Shown in pieces: positions 32,500 through 43,247 of a stretch of 64,000 bases of DNA; position 1 is the stretch's first letter, and every line of letters starts with the position of its first letter. The translations under genes were made by a program, and so were the position numbers. A model generated the notes under the pieces. It was not told the DNA's origin and searched no databases. It saw nothing but the letters and a program-made list of their open reading frames with translations. The DNA is from Acidobacteriota bacterium (lineage in GTDB: Bacteria > Acidobacteriota > Terriglobia > Bryobacterales > Bryobacteraceae): the NCBI GenBank assembly GCA_003223115.1, contig QHXW01000041.1, positions 972 to 64,971 of the forward strand. The letters run 5' to 3'.

Positions 32500-32924
32500 G
32501 TTCAGCCATTCAGCACGAGAATTTGGCGCTGTTCAATCAGCTGGGACTCGCCCGCTATAACTATAAAGCACCCTGATCAAGCGGGTGCTATTAGCGTACG
32601 TTACAATTAGAGCCCAGAGTCAAGCCACTCAAAACTACTAGAGGCGTAAAGCCTTAGTGTTCAACGGGTAGCCGACGGGGGGTGCCGGGGCCGCCTGGAA
32701 ACAGCAGAGCGGCAATGGCGAGAAACAGAATGAATCCAACCAGCGCGATATCAGGATCGAACACCGATTTTTCCCGGGGCCCAAGCACACATAACTGAAG
32801 CTGCTCTTCACTCGAGGGCAAAGTACTCAAAGCCAAAAACTGAAGTCTCGTGATGTTACCACGCGGATTATGTACGATCAAGGACAGTTACGCAAAATAA
32901 CGCAAAATGCCCTTCCTAGGTCAC

Positions 32925-34646
32925 CTAACTCGCTAACTCCAGCTCGATTCTTTTTTGCGCCGCATCCAATTTCACGATGCGGAAACTGCGGACTTGCCCG
33001 GGCCGGACCGGCTCGCGTTTTGGAGACGGCCCGGCGTGTTGTCCCATCTTCCATTTAGCCGACAACATCGAACTCAGTGAGGAGATGTCGGTCCTCGCGC
33101 CGGCGGAGGCCTCAGCCAAAGCCGTTGCCTCGCCGACGTCCACGTTGCCTGAAGCCTTAATGCCCGCGCCCAACTCGACCGTCGCCCGACCGCGCGACAC
33201 CTCAGACACCCGGCCGCTCACCAGGTCGCCTTCCTTGTGCTCGGCTATGTACTCGTCGATGCTGGTGGGCTGAAGCTGTTTCAGGCCCAGCCGGATACGT
33301 CGCTTCTGCCGGTCTATTTCGAGCACCACCGCGCGCACCGCCTGACCCGGCTTTAAGACCTCCTGCGGATAATTGATGCGTTTGTCGGCCGTGATGTCGG
33401 CGATGTGAATCATGCCTTCGAGCGCCTCATCGAGCTGTACAAAGGCGCCGAACTTAGTCAGGCCCGTGATGGGACCCTCAACGATGGTGCCGCCTGGAAA
33501 CCGCTTCTCCGCTTGCTCCCACGGATCACCCAGCGCCTGCTTCAGCCCGAGTGAAATACGCCGGTCGGCAGAGTTCACACCTAGGATCACTACTTCCACG
33601 GTGTCACCAGGCTTAACGACATCGCCGGGTTTGCGCACTTTCTTCGACCAGGAAAGCTCGGAGAGATGAATCAGGCCTTCGATACCTGGCTCGAGCTCCA
33701 CAAATGCGCCGAACTCCGCAACCCGTGTCACGGTGCCACGCACGCGATCCCCCTGTTTGTACTTCTCGCCTGCCGCCGACCAGGGGTCGGGCTGGAGCTG
33801 CTTCAGGCCCAGAGAGATGCGCCGAGACCGCTTTCCCGCGCCCTGTTCCTCAATTTTCAAAATCTGTACTTCGACCTGATCGCCCAACTTCAGGAGGTCT
33901 GATGGTTTGGCCACGCGGCCCCAGGACATGTCGGTCACGTGCAGCAACCCGTCGACGCCGCCAATGTCGACGAATGCGCCGAAATCGGTCAAGCTGCGGA
34001 CCGTGCCCTGAACCACCGTGCCTTCGGTGAGGTTCGAAAGCCTCTGGTCGCGTTCCCGCGCCGCCTCTTCTTCCAGCACCGCGCGGCGATCCACCACGAC
34101 ATCCTCATCCGCAACATCCACCTTGATAATCTTGCAACTGATCTCCTGGCTAACCAGCTTCTCGATCTCGGCGGCATCTTTAGCACCACTGCGCGACGCC
34201 GGCATGAACGCTCGGACGCCTACATCGACGCTGAGGCCGCCCTTCACGACGCCGGTCACCGTTCCCGCGATGGTCCGCTTCTCGGCGAATGCCTTCTCGA
34301 GTGAGGCCCAATCCTTAGGCCGCTGGACCTTGAGCCTGGAGAGCAGGTAGTAGCCCTCCTGGTCGCGGCCCGTGATTCCCACGTGAACCTTGTCGCCGCG
34401 GCTGAGAGTGATGCTGCCGGCTTTGTCGCGCAACTCCGCCGCGGGCAGGATTCCCTCCGTCTTCAGGCCGATATCCACGAAGATCGAGTCGCCTGAAATC
34501 GCGATGATGGTGCCCTCACGAGCCGAGTTTCCTCCGCCTGGGGCGGCTCGATGTGATTGTTCGTATTGCGATAGAAGTTCTCCAAAAGACGACTGTGATT
34601 CCACGCCGGTGGCGTCCGGGTCGCGGCGCGCGGTTGAATTGTTCAT
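32925..34646 (-). CDS. rpsA: 30S ribosomal protein S1
   Basis: 573 aa with six S1-domain repeats (recurring G.V..G.V..i..fGaFV.l...eGL.H.S motif). Confidence 0.95.
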   Translation of the reverse strand: MNNSTARRDPDATGVESQSSFGELLSQYEQSHRAAPGGGNSAREGTIIAISGDSIFVDIGLKTEGILPAAELRDKAGSITLSRGDKVHVGITGRDQEGYYLLSRLKVQRPKDWASLEKAFAEKRTIAGTVTGVVKGGLSVDVGVRAFMPASRSGAKDAAEIEKLVSQEISCKIIKVDVADEDVVVDRRAVLEEEAARERDQRLSNLTEGTVVQGTVRSLTDFGAFVDIGGVDGLLHVTDMSWGRVAKPSDLLKLGDQVEVQILKIEEQGAGKRSRRISLGLKQLQPDPWSAAGEKYKQGDRVRGTVTRVAEFGAFVELEPGIEGLIHLSELSWSKKVRKPGDVVKPGDTVEVVILGVNSADRRISLGLKQALGDPWEQAEKRFPGGTIVEGPITGLTKFGAFVQLDEALEGMIHIADITADKRINYPQEVLKPGQAVRAVVLEIDRQKRRIRLGLKQLQPTSIDEYIAEHKEGDLVSGRVSEVSRGRATVELGAGIKASGNVDVGEATALAEASAGARTDISSLSSMLSAKWKMGQHAGPSPKREPVRPGQVRSFRIVKLDAAQKRIELELAS

Positions 34647-34694
34647 GTTAGGTGCTTCTTTCTATTTTGGCACAAAGCCAATTAAGATAGCACC

Positions 34695-35948
34695 GTGGCC
34701 TCGCGCGACTGGTTGCAGCGCTGGATGCGATTGATCCGACCGCAGGATGCCGTCCTGGTGTTGCTGTTTGCGTTGATGGCCGCGGTAAGCCCAACCCGTG
34801 ATGCCTCGGAAGTGGCGCTTCTATTTGCGCTGGCGCTGGTGCAGATTGCTGTACCCAAGCTCCCGCTGCTCAGCTCAACGCGCGGCAAGATCGCATGGAT
34901 CGTGCTGCAATTGGCGCTCGCGTATCTCCTGATCGGGTACACACACGGCCTGGTCAGCAATTATTTCTTGATTTTGCTGTTGCCCGTGGTCTCCGCAGCC
35001 ACATACCTCGATGTGCTGGGAACGCTGCTATTCTCGCTGCTGGCCTGCGGCGCTTATCTGTCCTTCGTTCTATTCGTGGATTTCAGCCGTTACAGCATCG
35101 GTCCGGACGAGATCCGGGTGCTGGTCTTCCGATTGGTGTTTCTGGCGATAGCCGCTAATCTGGTGAATACCCTGGCCGAGGCGCTGCGCGTGCAATCCGC
35201 GAAGTACCGCAGCGTGGCGGAGCAGCTTGCCGAGGCCAACCGCAGTTTAAGCGAGGCGGAAGCCGCTGTGCGCCGGTCGGACCGTCTGGCAGCTTTGGGA
35301 CAACTTTCGGCCGGCCTGGCGCACGAGCTCCGTAACCCATTGGGGACTATCAAGGCCTCGGCTGAGATGCTGACCAAGTACGTCTCCGCTGAGAACGAGG
35401 TTGCTCGCGAGGTGGCAGGTTTCATCTCGAGCGAGGTGGACCGCACCAACACTCTGGTGACGCGCTTCCTTCAATTCGCGCGACCGCTGAAGCTGAGACT
35501 TGCCGCAACCGATCTGGCTGAGGTCCTCGATCGCGCCGTGGCGCAGCTCGAGCGCGGCGGCCCAGGCTATGACGTCACGGTTTATAAAAACTATTCCCCT
35601 GAGCTTCGCCCCTTTCCATTCGACGCCGAGCTGATGGAGCGCGTGTTTTACAATCTGTTGCTGAATGCCGCGCAGGCCACCTCACCACAGGGTGCGATCA
35701 CGGTCAAGACGCGCGCTGCCGATGACGCCGCCGAAATCGCGGTGATCGACCGCGGGCCGGGTATCGACTCGAAGATCATGGATCAGATTTTCAATCCCTT
35801 CTTCACCACCAAGCCCGAGGGTGTGGGACTGGGTTTGGCCATCGTTTCCAAGATCGTGGACGAGCACGGCGGTAAAATGGGTGTAGAAAGCGAGCCCGGC
35901 AAAGGCAGCGTGTTCCGCGTCTATCTTCCCATCCGCCGAAAAACATGA
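34695..35948 (+). CDS. Membrane sensor histidine kinase (NtrB/AtoS-like)
   Basis: N-terminal multi-TM region, H-box AHELRNPL, N/G boxes (NLLLNAAQA, DRGPGI, GVGLGLAI). Overlaps the downstream regulator by 4 nt. Confidence 0.85.
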   Translation: MASRDWLQRWMRLIRPQDAVLVLLFALMAAVSPTRDASEVALLFALALVQIAVPKLPLLSSTRGKIAWIVLQLALAYLLIGYTHGLVSNYFLILLLPVVSAATYLDVLGTLLFSLLACGAYLSFVLFVDFSRYSIGPDEIRVLVFRLVFLAIAANLVNTLAEALRVQSAKYRSVAEQLAEANRSLSEAEAAVRRSDRLAALGQLSAGLAHELRNPLGTIKASAEMLTKYVSAENEVAREVAGFISSEVDRTNTLVTRFLQFARPLKLRLAATDLAEVLDRAVAQLERGGPGYDVTVYKNYSPELRPFPFDAELMERVFYNLLLNAAQATSPQGAITVKTRAADDAAEIAVIDRGPGIDSKIMDQIFNPFFTTKPEGVGLGLAIVSKIVDEHGGKMGVESEPGKGSVFRVYLPIRRKT

Positions 35949-37315
35949 AACATTGCATTCTGGTCGTCGATGACGAAGAAAAGTTGCGCCGCGTCATCGA
36001 ATTGCAGCTCACGTCAGCAGGCTTCGACGTGGAAAAAACAGGGTCGGCCGAAGAGGCGTTGAAGCTGGTGGACCGCGCCCACTTGGTCCTGACCGATCTG
36101 AAGTTACCGGGTATGGACGGCCTGGAATTGCTTTCAGCCATCCGCCGCCAGAACATGCACTCGCCCGTCATCGTCATGACGGCGTTCGGCACTGTAGAGA
36201 ACGCCGTCGAGGCCATGAAGGCGGGAGCCACGGACTTTCTACTGAAGCCTTTCTCGCTCGATCACCTGATGACGGTGATTCACAAGGCCCTTGAAGTTCG
36301 TGTTCTGCGTGATGAGAATCGCCAGCTTCGCGAGGAGCTGGGCCGACGTTATGAATTTGACAACATCATCGGGCGCAGCACGGCCATGCAGGAAATTTTC
36401 GCGGTCATCGAACGCGTAGCGCCCACGCGCGCCACGGTGCTTCTAGCGGGTGAAAGCGGCGTTGGCAAGGACCTGATCGCGCGTGCCATTCATTTTCATT
36501 CGCCGCGCCGGGAGCGGCCGTTCGTCAAGATCAACTGCCCGGCCATTCCGGAAAACCTGATGGAAAGTGAACTGTTCGGCTATGAAAAAGGCGCCTTCAC
36601 TGGTGCGGTTACAACCAAGCCGGGCAAGTTCGAGCAGGCGGACACCGGAACGGTTTTTCTCGACGAGATCGGCGATGTGCCGCCCTCCATTCAAGTGAAG
36701 TTGTTGCGCGTACTTCAGGAGCGTGATTTTGAGCGCCTGGGAAGTAATAAGACGCGCCACACTGATGTTCGCGTGGTCGCAGCCACAAACCAGGATTTGC
36801 GCGCAGCGCTCGAGCAGGGTACGTTCCGCGAAGATTTGTATTATCGCCTCAACGTAGTGCCGATTAACATTGTGCCCTTACGCGAGCGAAAACATGATAT
36901 TCCCTATCTGGCTGACCATTTTGTTAGCAAGTACGCGGCTGACACCGGCGGCAAGGTAGACGCCATTACGCCCGCCGCCATCGCTAAGTTAGCCGAATAT
37001 CACTGGCCGGGAAATGTGCGCGAATTGGAGAATGTAATCGAACGCAGCTTGGTCATGTGCAACGGCTGTGAATTAGACGCTGCCGACATCAAGCTGGATC
37101 ATGCGCCTGCTCATCGCGGATCGCAGGGAGATTTCGGTTTGCCGTCCGGGATGACGCTCGATCAATATGAGCAGGAGATTATTCGAGACGCTTTGAAACG
37201 CGCCGACGGCAACAAGAGCCAGGCGGCACGCGAGTTGGGCCTGACGCGCAATGCGCTGCGTTACCGCCTGGCGCAAATGGGGCTGGAAACTGAGGCTGAC
37301 CAGCCCCGGAAGTAG
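35945..37315 (+). CDS. Sigma-54-dependent response regulator (NtrC family)
   Basis: Receiver domain (DLKLPGMDG), AAA+ Walker A GESGVGKD, the GAFTGA sigma54-contact motif, and a C-terminal Fis-type HTH (AARELGLTRNALRYRL). Confidence 0.9.
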   Translation: MKHCILVVDDEEKLRRVIELQLTSAGFDVEKTGSAEEALKLVDRAHLVLTDLKLPGMDGLELLSAIRRQNMHSPVIVMTAFGTVENAVEAMKAGATDFLLKPFSLDHLMTVIHKALEVRVLRDENRQLREELGRRYEFDNIIGRSTAMQEIFAVIERVAPTRATVLLAGESGVGKDLIARAIHFHSPRRERPFVKINCPAIPENLMESELFGYEKGAFTGAVTTKPGKFEQADTGTVFLDEIGDVPPSIQVKLLRVLQERDFERLGSNKTRHTDVRVVAATNQDLRAALEQGTFREDLYYRLNVVPINIVPLRERKHDIPYLADHFVSKYAADTGGKVDAITPAAIAKLAEYHWPGNVRELENVIERSLVMCNGCELDAADIKLDHAPAHRGSQGDFGLPSGMTLDQYEQEIIRDALKRADGNKSQAARELGLTRNALRYRLAQMGLETEADQPRK

Positions 37316-37318
37316 GAT

Positions 37319-37717
37319 CTACTTGGTGCGATCCCTGCGTAAGTCTTTGCGGTCATGCCCTAGATCGCGCCGGTCCGCGCGAGCATCTTTCTTGTCCCGT
37401 TTGACGTCCCGCCGGTCGTGCTTCAAGTCTTTCTGATCTTTCTGCAGATTTCGCAGGTCGTGCCGCGCGTCTTTGTACTGACCGTTCTTGATGTCCTGGC
37501 GAACATCTTTGCGGTCGTTTCGGATGTCCCGCCGGTCCGATTTGATGTCTTTCGTATCTCGCCGGTCGCGCTTCAGATCGCGCTTGTCGTGCCGTATGTC
37601 TTTGCGGTCAGCTCGTTGATCGGCCTTACCGTCCTGAGCCAGCAGCGCGGGCGGACCCACCATTAGGGCTGCGCCGCATAAGAACACACCCAGTCTTTGT
37701 AAGTTTCGCTTCATCAT
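37319..37717 (-). CDS. Secreted, extremely charged protein built of D-[RK]-[RK]-D-h-[RK]-x heptad repeats
   Basis: Signal peptide MMKRNLQRLGVFLCGAALMVGPPALLAQ, followed by about a dozen consecutive 7-aa units (DRKDIRH DKRDLKR ... DRRDVKR DKKDARA DRRDLGH DRKDLRR). Confidence 0.5.
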   Translation of the reverse strand: MMKRNLQRLGVFLCGAALMVGPPALLAQDGKADQRADRKDIRHDKRDLKRDRRDTKDIKSDRRDIRNDRKDVRQDIKNGQYKDARHDLRNLQKDQKDLKHDRRDVKRDKKDARADRRDLGHDRKDLRRDRTK

Positions 37718-37910
37718 ATTTATTGCTCGCTCCATTCTGCTTCCCGTTACTCTTGGAAGCGCTGTCTCAGACGGGATAAACACGAGAGAGGCGACAAGGT
37801 CTCTGATTTGAGGATGGGTTAGTGAAAGTTAATTTTCCTGAGTAAGTCACTTACAGCGGTGACTGTGCAGTCGCACGCATTTTGGAAAAAAGATTAGCGA
37901 TAAGACGGTA

Positions 37911-39548
37911 TTATTTCGCAGGTGACGACCATAGCGATGCTCCGCGGCCGTTATGGGATGGCATACCGGCGTCTTTGAGGATCGCCTTCGCGGCGTTGTA
38001 GCCAGGCGCTCCCATCACACCGCCGCCGGGATGCGCACCCGAGCCGCACAGATACAGACCACGAATGGGCGTGCGATAACGAGCCCAACCCGCCACGGGA
38101 CGCATGACGAACATTTGATCGAGGCTCATTTCTCCATGGAAAATGTTGCCGCTAGTCAGTCCGAACCGGCGTTCCAGATCGAGAGGTGTGAGCACCTGGC
38201 GCGCCTGCACGATGGAGCGGATATTCGGCGCGTACTCCTCAATCAAGCTCATCACGTGATCGGCGTAAGGCTCGCGCAAGGTGTCCCAATCGTTTTCCAG
38301 CAGTGTGTACGGCGCGTATTGCAGGAAAATTCCCATGATGTGTCTTCCGGGTGGAGCGAGCGATGGGTCGTACATGGTGGGAATGGTCAACTCGAGGAGC
38401 GGGTGCGCCGATGGCCGGCCATACTTGGCATCATCCCAGGCGCGTTCCACATACGCGATGGATGGGCAGATGTGCATGGTGGCGCGGTGCTGCGGCCCCG
38501 CCCCGGACAGCGCTCGAAAATCCGGAAGTCCTGTGAGCGCCAGATTCATTTTTAGAGAAGTGCCCTCGATACGGAAGCGTTTGATGGACTCGAGAAATTC
38601 GGTATCGAGATCCTTGGGATCAACCAGCCGCAGAAAGGTAACATGGGGATCCAGGTTTGAGGCGACCACCGGTGCGTGCACCTCTTCGCCTCCTTCGATC
38701 ACGACGCCTTTGACAACGCTGCCGCGCACGAGCAGGCGCTCCACCGGCACGTTGACGCGAATTTCCACCCCGTGGCTGCGCGCAGAAGCTGCAATGGCTT
38801 GCGAGATGGCGCCCATGCCTCCGCGTACGAACCCCCAGAGGCCGCGCTTGCCGTCAACGCCTCCCATGCAGTGGTGCAGCAGGATGTAAGCTGTGCCAGG
38901 CGAGCGTGGGCCGCCATTGGCTCCGATCACGCCGTCGGTGGCGAGTGTCACCTTGATCTCCGGAGACTCGAACCATTCGTCCAAAAAATCGGCGGCGCTC
39001 TGGGTGAACACCTTGATTAGGCTCACCATCTGTTTGCGGTTGAGTTTTCGCATGCGGCCGGCAAGCTTCAAGTAATCGAGAAAATCAATCACATTGCGCG
39101 GAGGAAACTCGGGCGGCGTGGTAAGCAGCAGCCCCTCGACCACCTGGGCCAGTTGTTCTAAGTGCTCTTCATAAGCCGGATAGACTTCGGCATCATGCGT
39201 CGAGAATTTCGCAATCTCTTCGAGCGTTTTATGCGGATCCTGCCACATGAAGAAGTGGCGTCCGTCCGGAAAGGCCGAGAAAAATGCGGGGTCTTTCGCA
39301 TCTACTGAGTAGCCAAAACGCTCCAGTTCCAACTCCCGCACAATGCGCTCCTGCAGAAGGCTCGACAGGTAGGCAGCGGTTGAGACGCGAAAGCCCGGCC
39401 AGATCTCCTCGGTAACCGAGCAACCGCCCACCAGCTCACGCCGCTCGAGCACCAAAACCTTTTTGCCAGCGCGGGCCAGGTAGGCAGCGGTTACGAGGCC
39501 ATTGTGGCCTCCCCCGACGATGATCACATCGAATTTCTTCTCAGGCAT
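37911..39548 (-). CDS. Phytoene-desaturase-family FAD-dependent oxidoreductase (CrtI-like)
   Basis: N-terminal dinucleotide fold DVIIVGGGHNGLVTAAYLARAG...LERRELVGG. 545 aa with family-typical length and C-terminal motif (GSGAHPGGGV). Confidence 0.8.
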   Translation of the reverse strand: MPEKKFDVIIVGGGHNGLVTAAYLARAGKKVLVLERRELVGGCSVTEEIWPGFRVSTAAYLSSLLQERIVRELELERFGYSVDAKDPAFFSAFPDGRHFFMWQDPHKTLEEIAKFSTHDAEVYPAYEEHLEQLAQVVEGLLLTTPPEFPPRNVIDFLDYLKLAGRMRKLNRKQMVSLIKVFTQSAADFLDEWFESPEIKVTLATDGVIGANGGPRSPGTAYILLHHCMGGVDGKRGLWGFVRGGMGAISQAIAASARSHGVEIRVNVPVERLLVRGSVVKGVVIEGGEEVHAPVVASNLDPHVTFLRLVDPKDLDTEFLESIKRFRIEGTSLKMNLALTGLPDFRALSGAGPQHRATMHICPSIAYVERAWDDAKYGRPSAHPLLELTIPTMYDPSLAPPGRHIMGIFLQYAPYTLLENDWDTLREPYADHVMSLIEEYAPNIRSIVQARQVLTPLDLERRFGLTSGNIFHGEMSLDQMFVMRPVAGWARYRTPIRGLYLCGSGAHPGGGVMGAPGYNAAKAILKDAGMPSHNGRGASLWSSPAK

Positions 39549-39563
39549 GGAATCTCGGGAGAG

Positions 39564-41741
39564 TCACGTGCGGCGTCGGAAGGCTACTACGGCAAGCGGC
39601 GGCAAAGTAATGGAAATGCTGTGCGTCCGGCCATGCCGTTCCACGCTTTGCGCGGGAATGCCATGAGGATTCCGTACGTTGCTTCCGCCGAAGGACTCCG
39701 TGTCCGTATTGAAAATTTCATCGTAGATTCCATCAGCCGGAACGCCGAAAGCATAGCCCTGGCGCACTACCGGCGTGAAATTACAGCAAAACAAGATAAA
39801 GTCATTGGGATTTTGAGCCTTGCGGAGAAACCCGATGATTGAGTTCTCGACGTCGTGGAAATCCACCCACTCAAATCCCGTGTAGTGAACATCTACCTCA
39901 TAGAGCGCGGGCTGCTGCCGGTAAAAATGGTTGATCTCTCTTACCATATCCTGGAGCTTTCGATGATAGTCATGTTGCAGCAGTTCCCAGGATACGCTCG
40001 AGTTGTAATTCCACTCTTCATATTGACCCACTTCAGAACCCATAAACAGCAGTTTCTTCCCAGGGTGAGCATACATGTACGCCAGAAAGGCGCGGGCGTT
40101 TGCGAAACGCTGCCATTCATCGCCGGGCATCTTGGCTAACAGCGCTCGCTTGCCGTGCACCACCTCATCATGTGAGATGGGCAGCACAAAATTCTCCGTA
40201 AATGCATAGAGCATGCTGAACGTAATGCTGTGATGGTGATACTTGCGATGGATGGACTCTTTGCTGAAATACTCCAGCATGTCATGCATCCATCCCATGT
40301 TCCATTTCATGGTGAAGCCCAACCCGTTCAAATAGACCGGCCGCGAAACGCCGGAGAACGCCGTGGATTCTTCGGCAATTGTAATGGCGCCCGGGACTTG
40401 GTGGGCAAGCTCGTTGAATTTTCTCAGAAAATCGATGGCCTCCAGATTCTCGTTTCCGCCGTATTGGTTGGGAATCCACTCTCCGGGCTCGCGCGAATAA
40501 TCCAGGTAAAGCATCGACGCCACGGCATCCACGCGCAGGCCATCAATGTGATACTTCTTCAGCAAGAATAGGGCGTTTGAAATCAGGAATTCCCTTACTT
40601 CGTTACGCCCATAATTGAAGATCAACGTGCCCCAATCGCGGTGCTCGCCCTTGCGCGGATCGGCATGCTCGTAGAGCGCGGAGCCGTCAAAATAGACCAG
40701 GCCGTGCGCATCCTTCGGGAAGTGCGCCGGCACCCAGTCCACAATGACCGCGATCCCTTCCTGATGACAGCGGTCGATGAAGTACATGAAATCGTCAGGC
40801 GTGCCGAATCGCGAAGTGGGCGCATAATAACCGATGATCTGATAGCCCCAGGAGCCGGAAAACGGGTGCTCCATGATGGGCATCAGCTCGAGGTGGGTGT
40901 ATCCCATGCGTTTCAAATAACCGACCAGCTTCTCCGCCAGCTCTCGATAAGTCAGGGTCTCGCCGTGCGGACCTCGCAACCAGCTCTCCAGGTGCACTTC
41001 GTAAAATGAAACCGGCTCACGCAGCCATTCTTTCGTGGCGCGCGCCTGCATCCATGCGCCGTCTTGCCACTGGTACTTGTCGATGTTCCACACAACGGAA
41101 GCCGATTTAGGAGGAACCTCGCAAAAAAACGCATACGGATCGGCTTTGAGCTGCCGGTATGCATGCAGGCGAGAGCGCACATTGTACTTGTAAGCGCAGG
41201 CTTCAGCGGCGCCTGGAATAAAGATCTCCCACACACCGCCGTCGCGCAGCCGCATGGGATGCCGGCGCGTGTCCCATTGGTTGAAGTCGGCGGCAAGGGC
41301 GACTACCTCGGCATTCGGCGCCCAGACCGCGAAACGCGTCCCGCGCACGCCTTCCACCTCAACCAGATGCGCACCCAGCATGTTATACGCCTCGAAGTGA
41401 GTGCCTTCAGAGTGCAGATGCAGCTCGAAGCTCGACAGCAACGGCGGAAAGTGGTAGGGGTCATCAAACTCCACGGCGCCACCATCGAATAATTTGGCGC
41501 GCAAGCGATATGATTGCTGCTCGCCTTCAATCTGCGCCACGTAAAAACCCTCTTTGTGGCGCCGGACCATGGGCCAGGCGCGGCCATCGATGAGCACTTC
41601 GGCGCACTGAGCATGCGGAAGAAAGGCACGTACCTCCCAATGAGGCCGACCATGGCGCTTTTGGATGGTGTGAGGTCCTAAGATCCGAAACGCGTCACCG
41701 TGATAGCCGCCGACAATGGCCTCGATATCCGAAGCGGTCAT
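39564..41741 (-). CDS. glgB: 1,4-alpha-glucan branching enzyme
   Basis: 725 aa with GH13 catalytic regions ([32 protein letters not shown]). Confidence 0.95.
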   Translation of the reverse strand: MTASDIEAIVGGYHGDAFRILGPHTIQKRHGRPHWEVRAFLPHAQCAEVLIDGRAWPMVRRHKEGFYVAQIEGEQQSYRLRAKLFDGGAVEFDDPYHFPPLLSSFELHLHSEGTHFEAYNMLGAHLVEVEGVRGTRFAVWAPNAEVVALAADFNQWDTRRHPMRLRDGGVWEIFIPGAAEACAYKYNVRSRLHAYRQLKADPYAFFCEVPPKSASVVWNIDKYQWQDGAWMQARATKEWLREPVSFYEVHLESWLRGPHGETLTYRELAEKLVGYLKRMGYTHLELMPIMEHPFSGSWGYQIIGYYAPTSRFGTPDDFMYFIDRCHQEGIAVIVDWVPAHFPKDAHGLVYFDGSALYEHADPRKGEHRDWGTLIFNYGRNEVREFLISNALFLLKKYHIDGLRVDAVASMLYLDYSREPGEWIPNQYGGNENLEAIDFLRKFNELAHQVPGAITIAEESTAFSGVSRPVYLNGLGFTMKWNMGWMHDMLEYFSKESIHRKYHHHSITFSMLYAFTENFVLPISHDEVVHGKRALLAKMPGDEWQRFANARAFLAYMYAHPGKKLLFMGSEVGQYEEWNYNSSVSWELLQHDYHRKLQDMVREINHFYRQQPALYEVDVHYTGFEWVDFHDVENSIIGFLRKAQNPNDFILFCCNFTPVVRQGYAFGVPADGIYDEIFNTDTESFGGSNVRNPHGIPAQSVERHGRTHSISITLPPLAVVAFRRRT

Positions 41742-41762
41742 GCGACCCTATATTATTGCAGG

Positions 41763-42680
41763 ATGGCCGGCTATCACGAACTCCGGTTAGCGGAATTGCA
41801 CCTGCACTTGGAGGGTTCGGTAACCCCCGATACAATCCGTGAAATTGTTCCGGGGTTGGCGCCGGAAGAGGTTCGCAAGCGATACCAGTTCTCTGATTTC
41901 CTTGGATTTATCGAGTGTTTTAGATGGGTCACAGGACACCTGCAGACGCCAGAAAACTACGCACTCATCACGCGCCGGTTGCTCAAAAATCTGGAGTGCC
42001 AAAACGTCCAATATGCGGAAATTACGCTGTCGGCTGGGGTGGTGATTTGGAAAGGCCAGGATTTTAACTCGATTTATGACGCCGTTTACCGCGAGGCCAG
42101 CCGTTCTGGGGTGGCGGTGCGCTGGAACCTGGATGCCATTCGCCATTTCGGCCCGAAGCACGCGATGAAAGTAGCCGAGCTCGCAGTGGAGCGCGTCAAC
42201 AATGGGGTGATTTCGTTTGGAATCGGCGGCGACGAGCAGCGCGGCCCCGCGGAATGGTTCGGTGAAGTTTTTCAGTTTGCACGCTCCAATGGGTTGCGTC
42301 TGACCGCCCATGCCGGCGAGACCGCGGGGCCCGAGTCAATATGGGGCGCCTTACGGCTTGGGGCGGAACGCATCGGCCACGGCATACGAGCGATCGAGGA
42401 TCCAGTTTTGATGCGTCATCTGCGCGACCAGAATATTCCACTCGAAGTCTGCATTTCGAGCAATGTCTCCACCGGCGCCGTGAACTCTCTGGCTGAGCAT
42501 CCAGTGAAGCGGTTGTACGAGGCCAGCGTGCCCATCGTCCTGAACACTGATGATCCCGGTATCTTCGATACCACACTTCGGCGAGAGTACGACCTGGCTG
42601 CCGAGGCGTTCGGATTTTCTGATCAGGAGCTGCGGGGGATCGCTGAAAACGGGTTTAAGTACGCATTCGCTGCTGGATGA
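41763..42680 (+). CDS. add: Adenosine deaminase
   Basis: HLHLEGS zinc-ligand motif, HAGE and NTDDPGIF motifs. Start at the internal ATG 41763, which avoids overlap with glgB. Confidence 0.85.
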   Translation: MAGYHELRLAELHLHLEGSVTPDTIREIVPGLAPEEVRKRYQFSDFLGFIECFRWVTGHLQTPENYALITRRLLKNLECQNVQYAEITLSAGVVIWKGQDFNSIYDAVYREASRSGVAVRWNLDAIRHFGPKHAMKVAELAVERVNNGVISFGIGGDEQRGPAEWFGEVFQFARSNGLRLTAHAGETAGPESIWGALRLGAERIGHGIRAIEDPVLMRHLRDQNIPLEVCISSNVSTGAVNSLAEHPVKRLYEASVPIVLNTDDPGIFDTTLRREYDLAAEAFGFSDQELRGIAENGFKYAFAAG

Positions 42681-42704
42681 CGGTTCCTGCTACATTGAAA
42701 AAGC

Positions 42705-43223
42705 ATGGAGCCAAGCGCGCGCAAACGGTTTCAGAAAATCGAAGCGATCCTGCAATCGGTCGCCCGGCAACAGGCAGCGGCGGAAGCCCGCGCTCGCAAA
42801 GAACAGATCCAGACCCGACGGTTGGACTCCCGGTCAAGAGCCCGTGACAGGCAAATTGCGGTCGAGGTTCGGACGCGCCTGGACGCCGAGTTCAAGGCCC
42901 GTGATGAACGTGTCGAAGCCGAGTGGAAGAAGCAAGACGAGCGCCTCGACGCTGAGTTCAGAAAGCGTGATGAACGTCTCGAAGCCGAGTTCAAAGAACG
43001 GGACGAAAAATGGGAAGCGCGAGTCCAGCGCACCGAAGCCCGGCTGGACAAGCGAATGGACGCAATCGCGAAGCTCATCCAGACGGGCATGAGGCTCATT
43101 GTCCGCATAGAGGCCCGGCAGGCAGATACTGAATTGAGGCTGGCCGAAGTGACACAGAAGCTGGATGCGCTGATTATGGTCGTCGATGGTATTGTGAAGC
43201 GGCCTGGCTCCGGCCCGCACTGA
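42705..43223 (+). CDS. Coiled-coil/amphipathic-helix protein with 11-residue repeats
   Basis: 172 aa. Consecutive hendecads: LDAEFKARDER / VEAEWKKQDER / LDAEFRKRDER / LEAEFKERDEK / WEARVQRTEAR. Confidence 0.5.
   Translation: MEPSARKRFQKIEAILQSVARQQAAAEARARKEQIQTRRLDSRSRARDRQIAVEVRTRLDAEFKARDERVEAEWKKQDERLDAEFRKRDERLEAEFKERDEKWEARVQRTEARLDKRMDAIAKLIQTGMRLIVRIEARQADTELRLAEVTQKLDALIMVVDGIVKRPGSGPH
42882..43046 (+). repeat. Five tandem 33-bp in-frame coding repeats
   Basis: The DNA periodicity of 33 bp corresponds to the 11-aa peptide repeat, and the units are diverged. Confidence 0.7.
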
Positions 43224-43247
43224 TCGCAGTCAAATCTCCTTCCAGCA

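Noticed and set aside
32568-32588. Hairpin AGCACCC-N-GGGTGCT about 70 nt after nuoN, considered as the operon terminator
   Set aside because: The stem is short and is followed by ATTAGCG rather than a U tract, which is not enough to call an intrinsic terminator.
32654-32881. 75-aa minus-strand ORF with one hydrophobic segment, downstream of rpsA
   Set aside because: It could be a small membrane protein, but it has no supporting motif, start context or conservation evidence.
34660-34690. TGGCAC-containing sequence upstream of the histidine kinase, considered as a sigma54 promoter
   Set aside because: The GG-N10-GC spacing of the -24/-12 consensus is not met (TGGCACAAAGCCAATT). No convincing sigma54 promoter was found near the NtrC-like regulator.
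42882-43046. Regular 33-bp periodicity that could be mistaken for a CRISPR-like or other array
   Set aside because: The units are contiguous with no spacers, diverged, and in frame within a plausible coiled-coil ORF.
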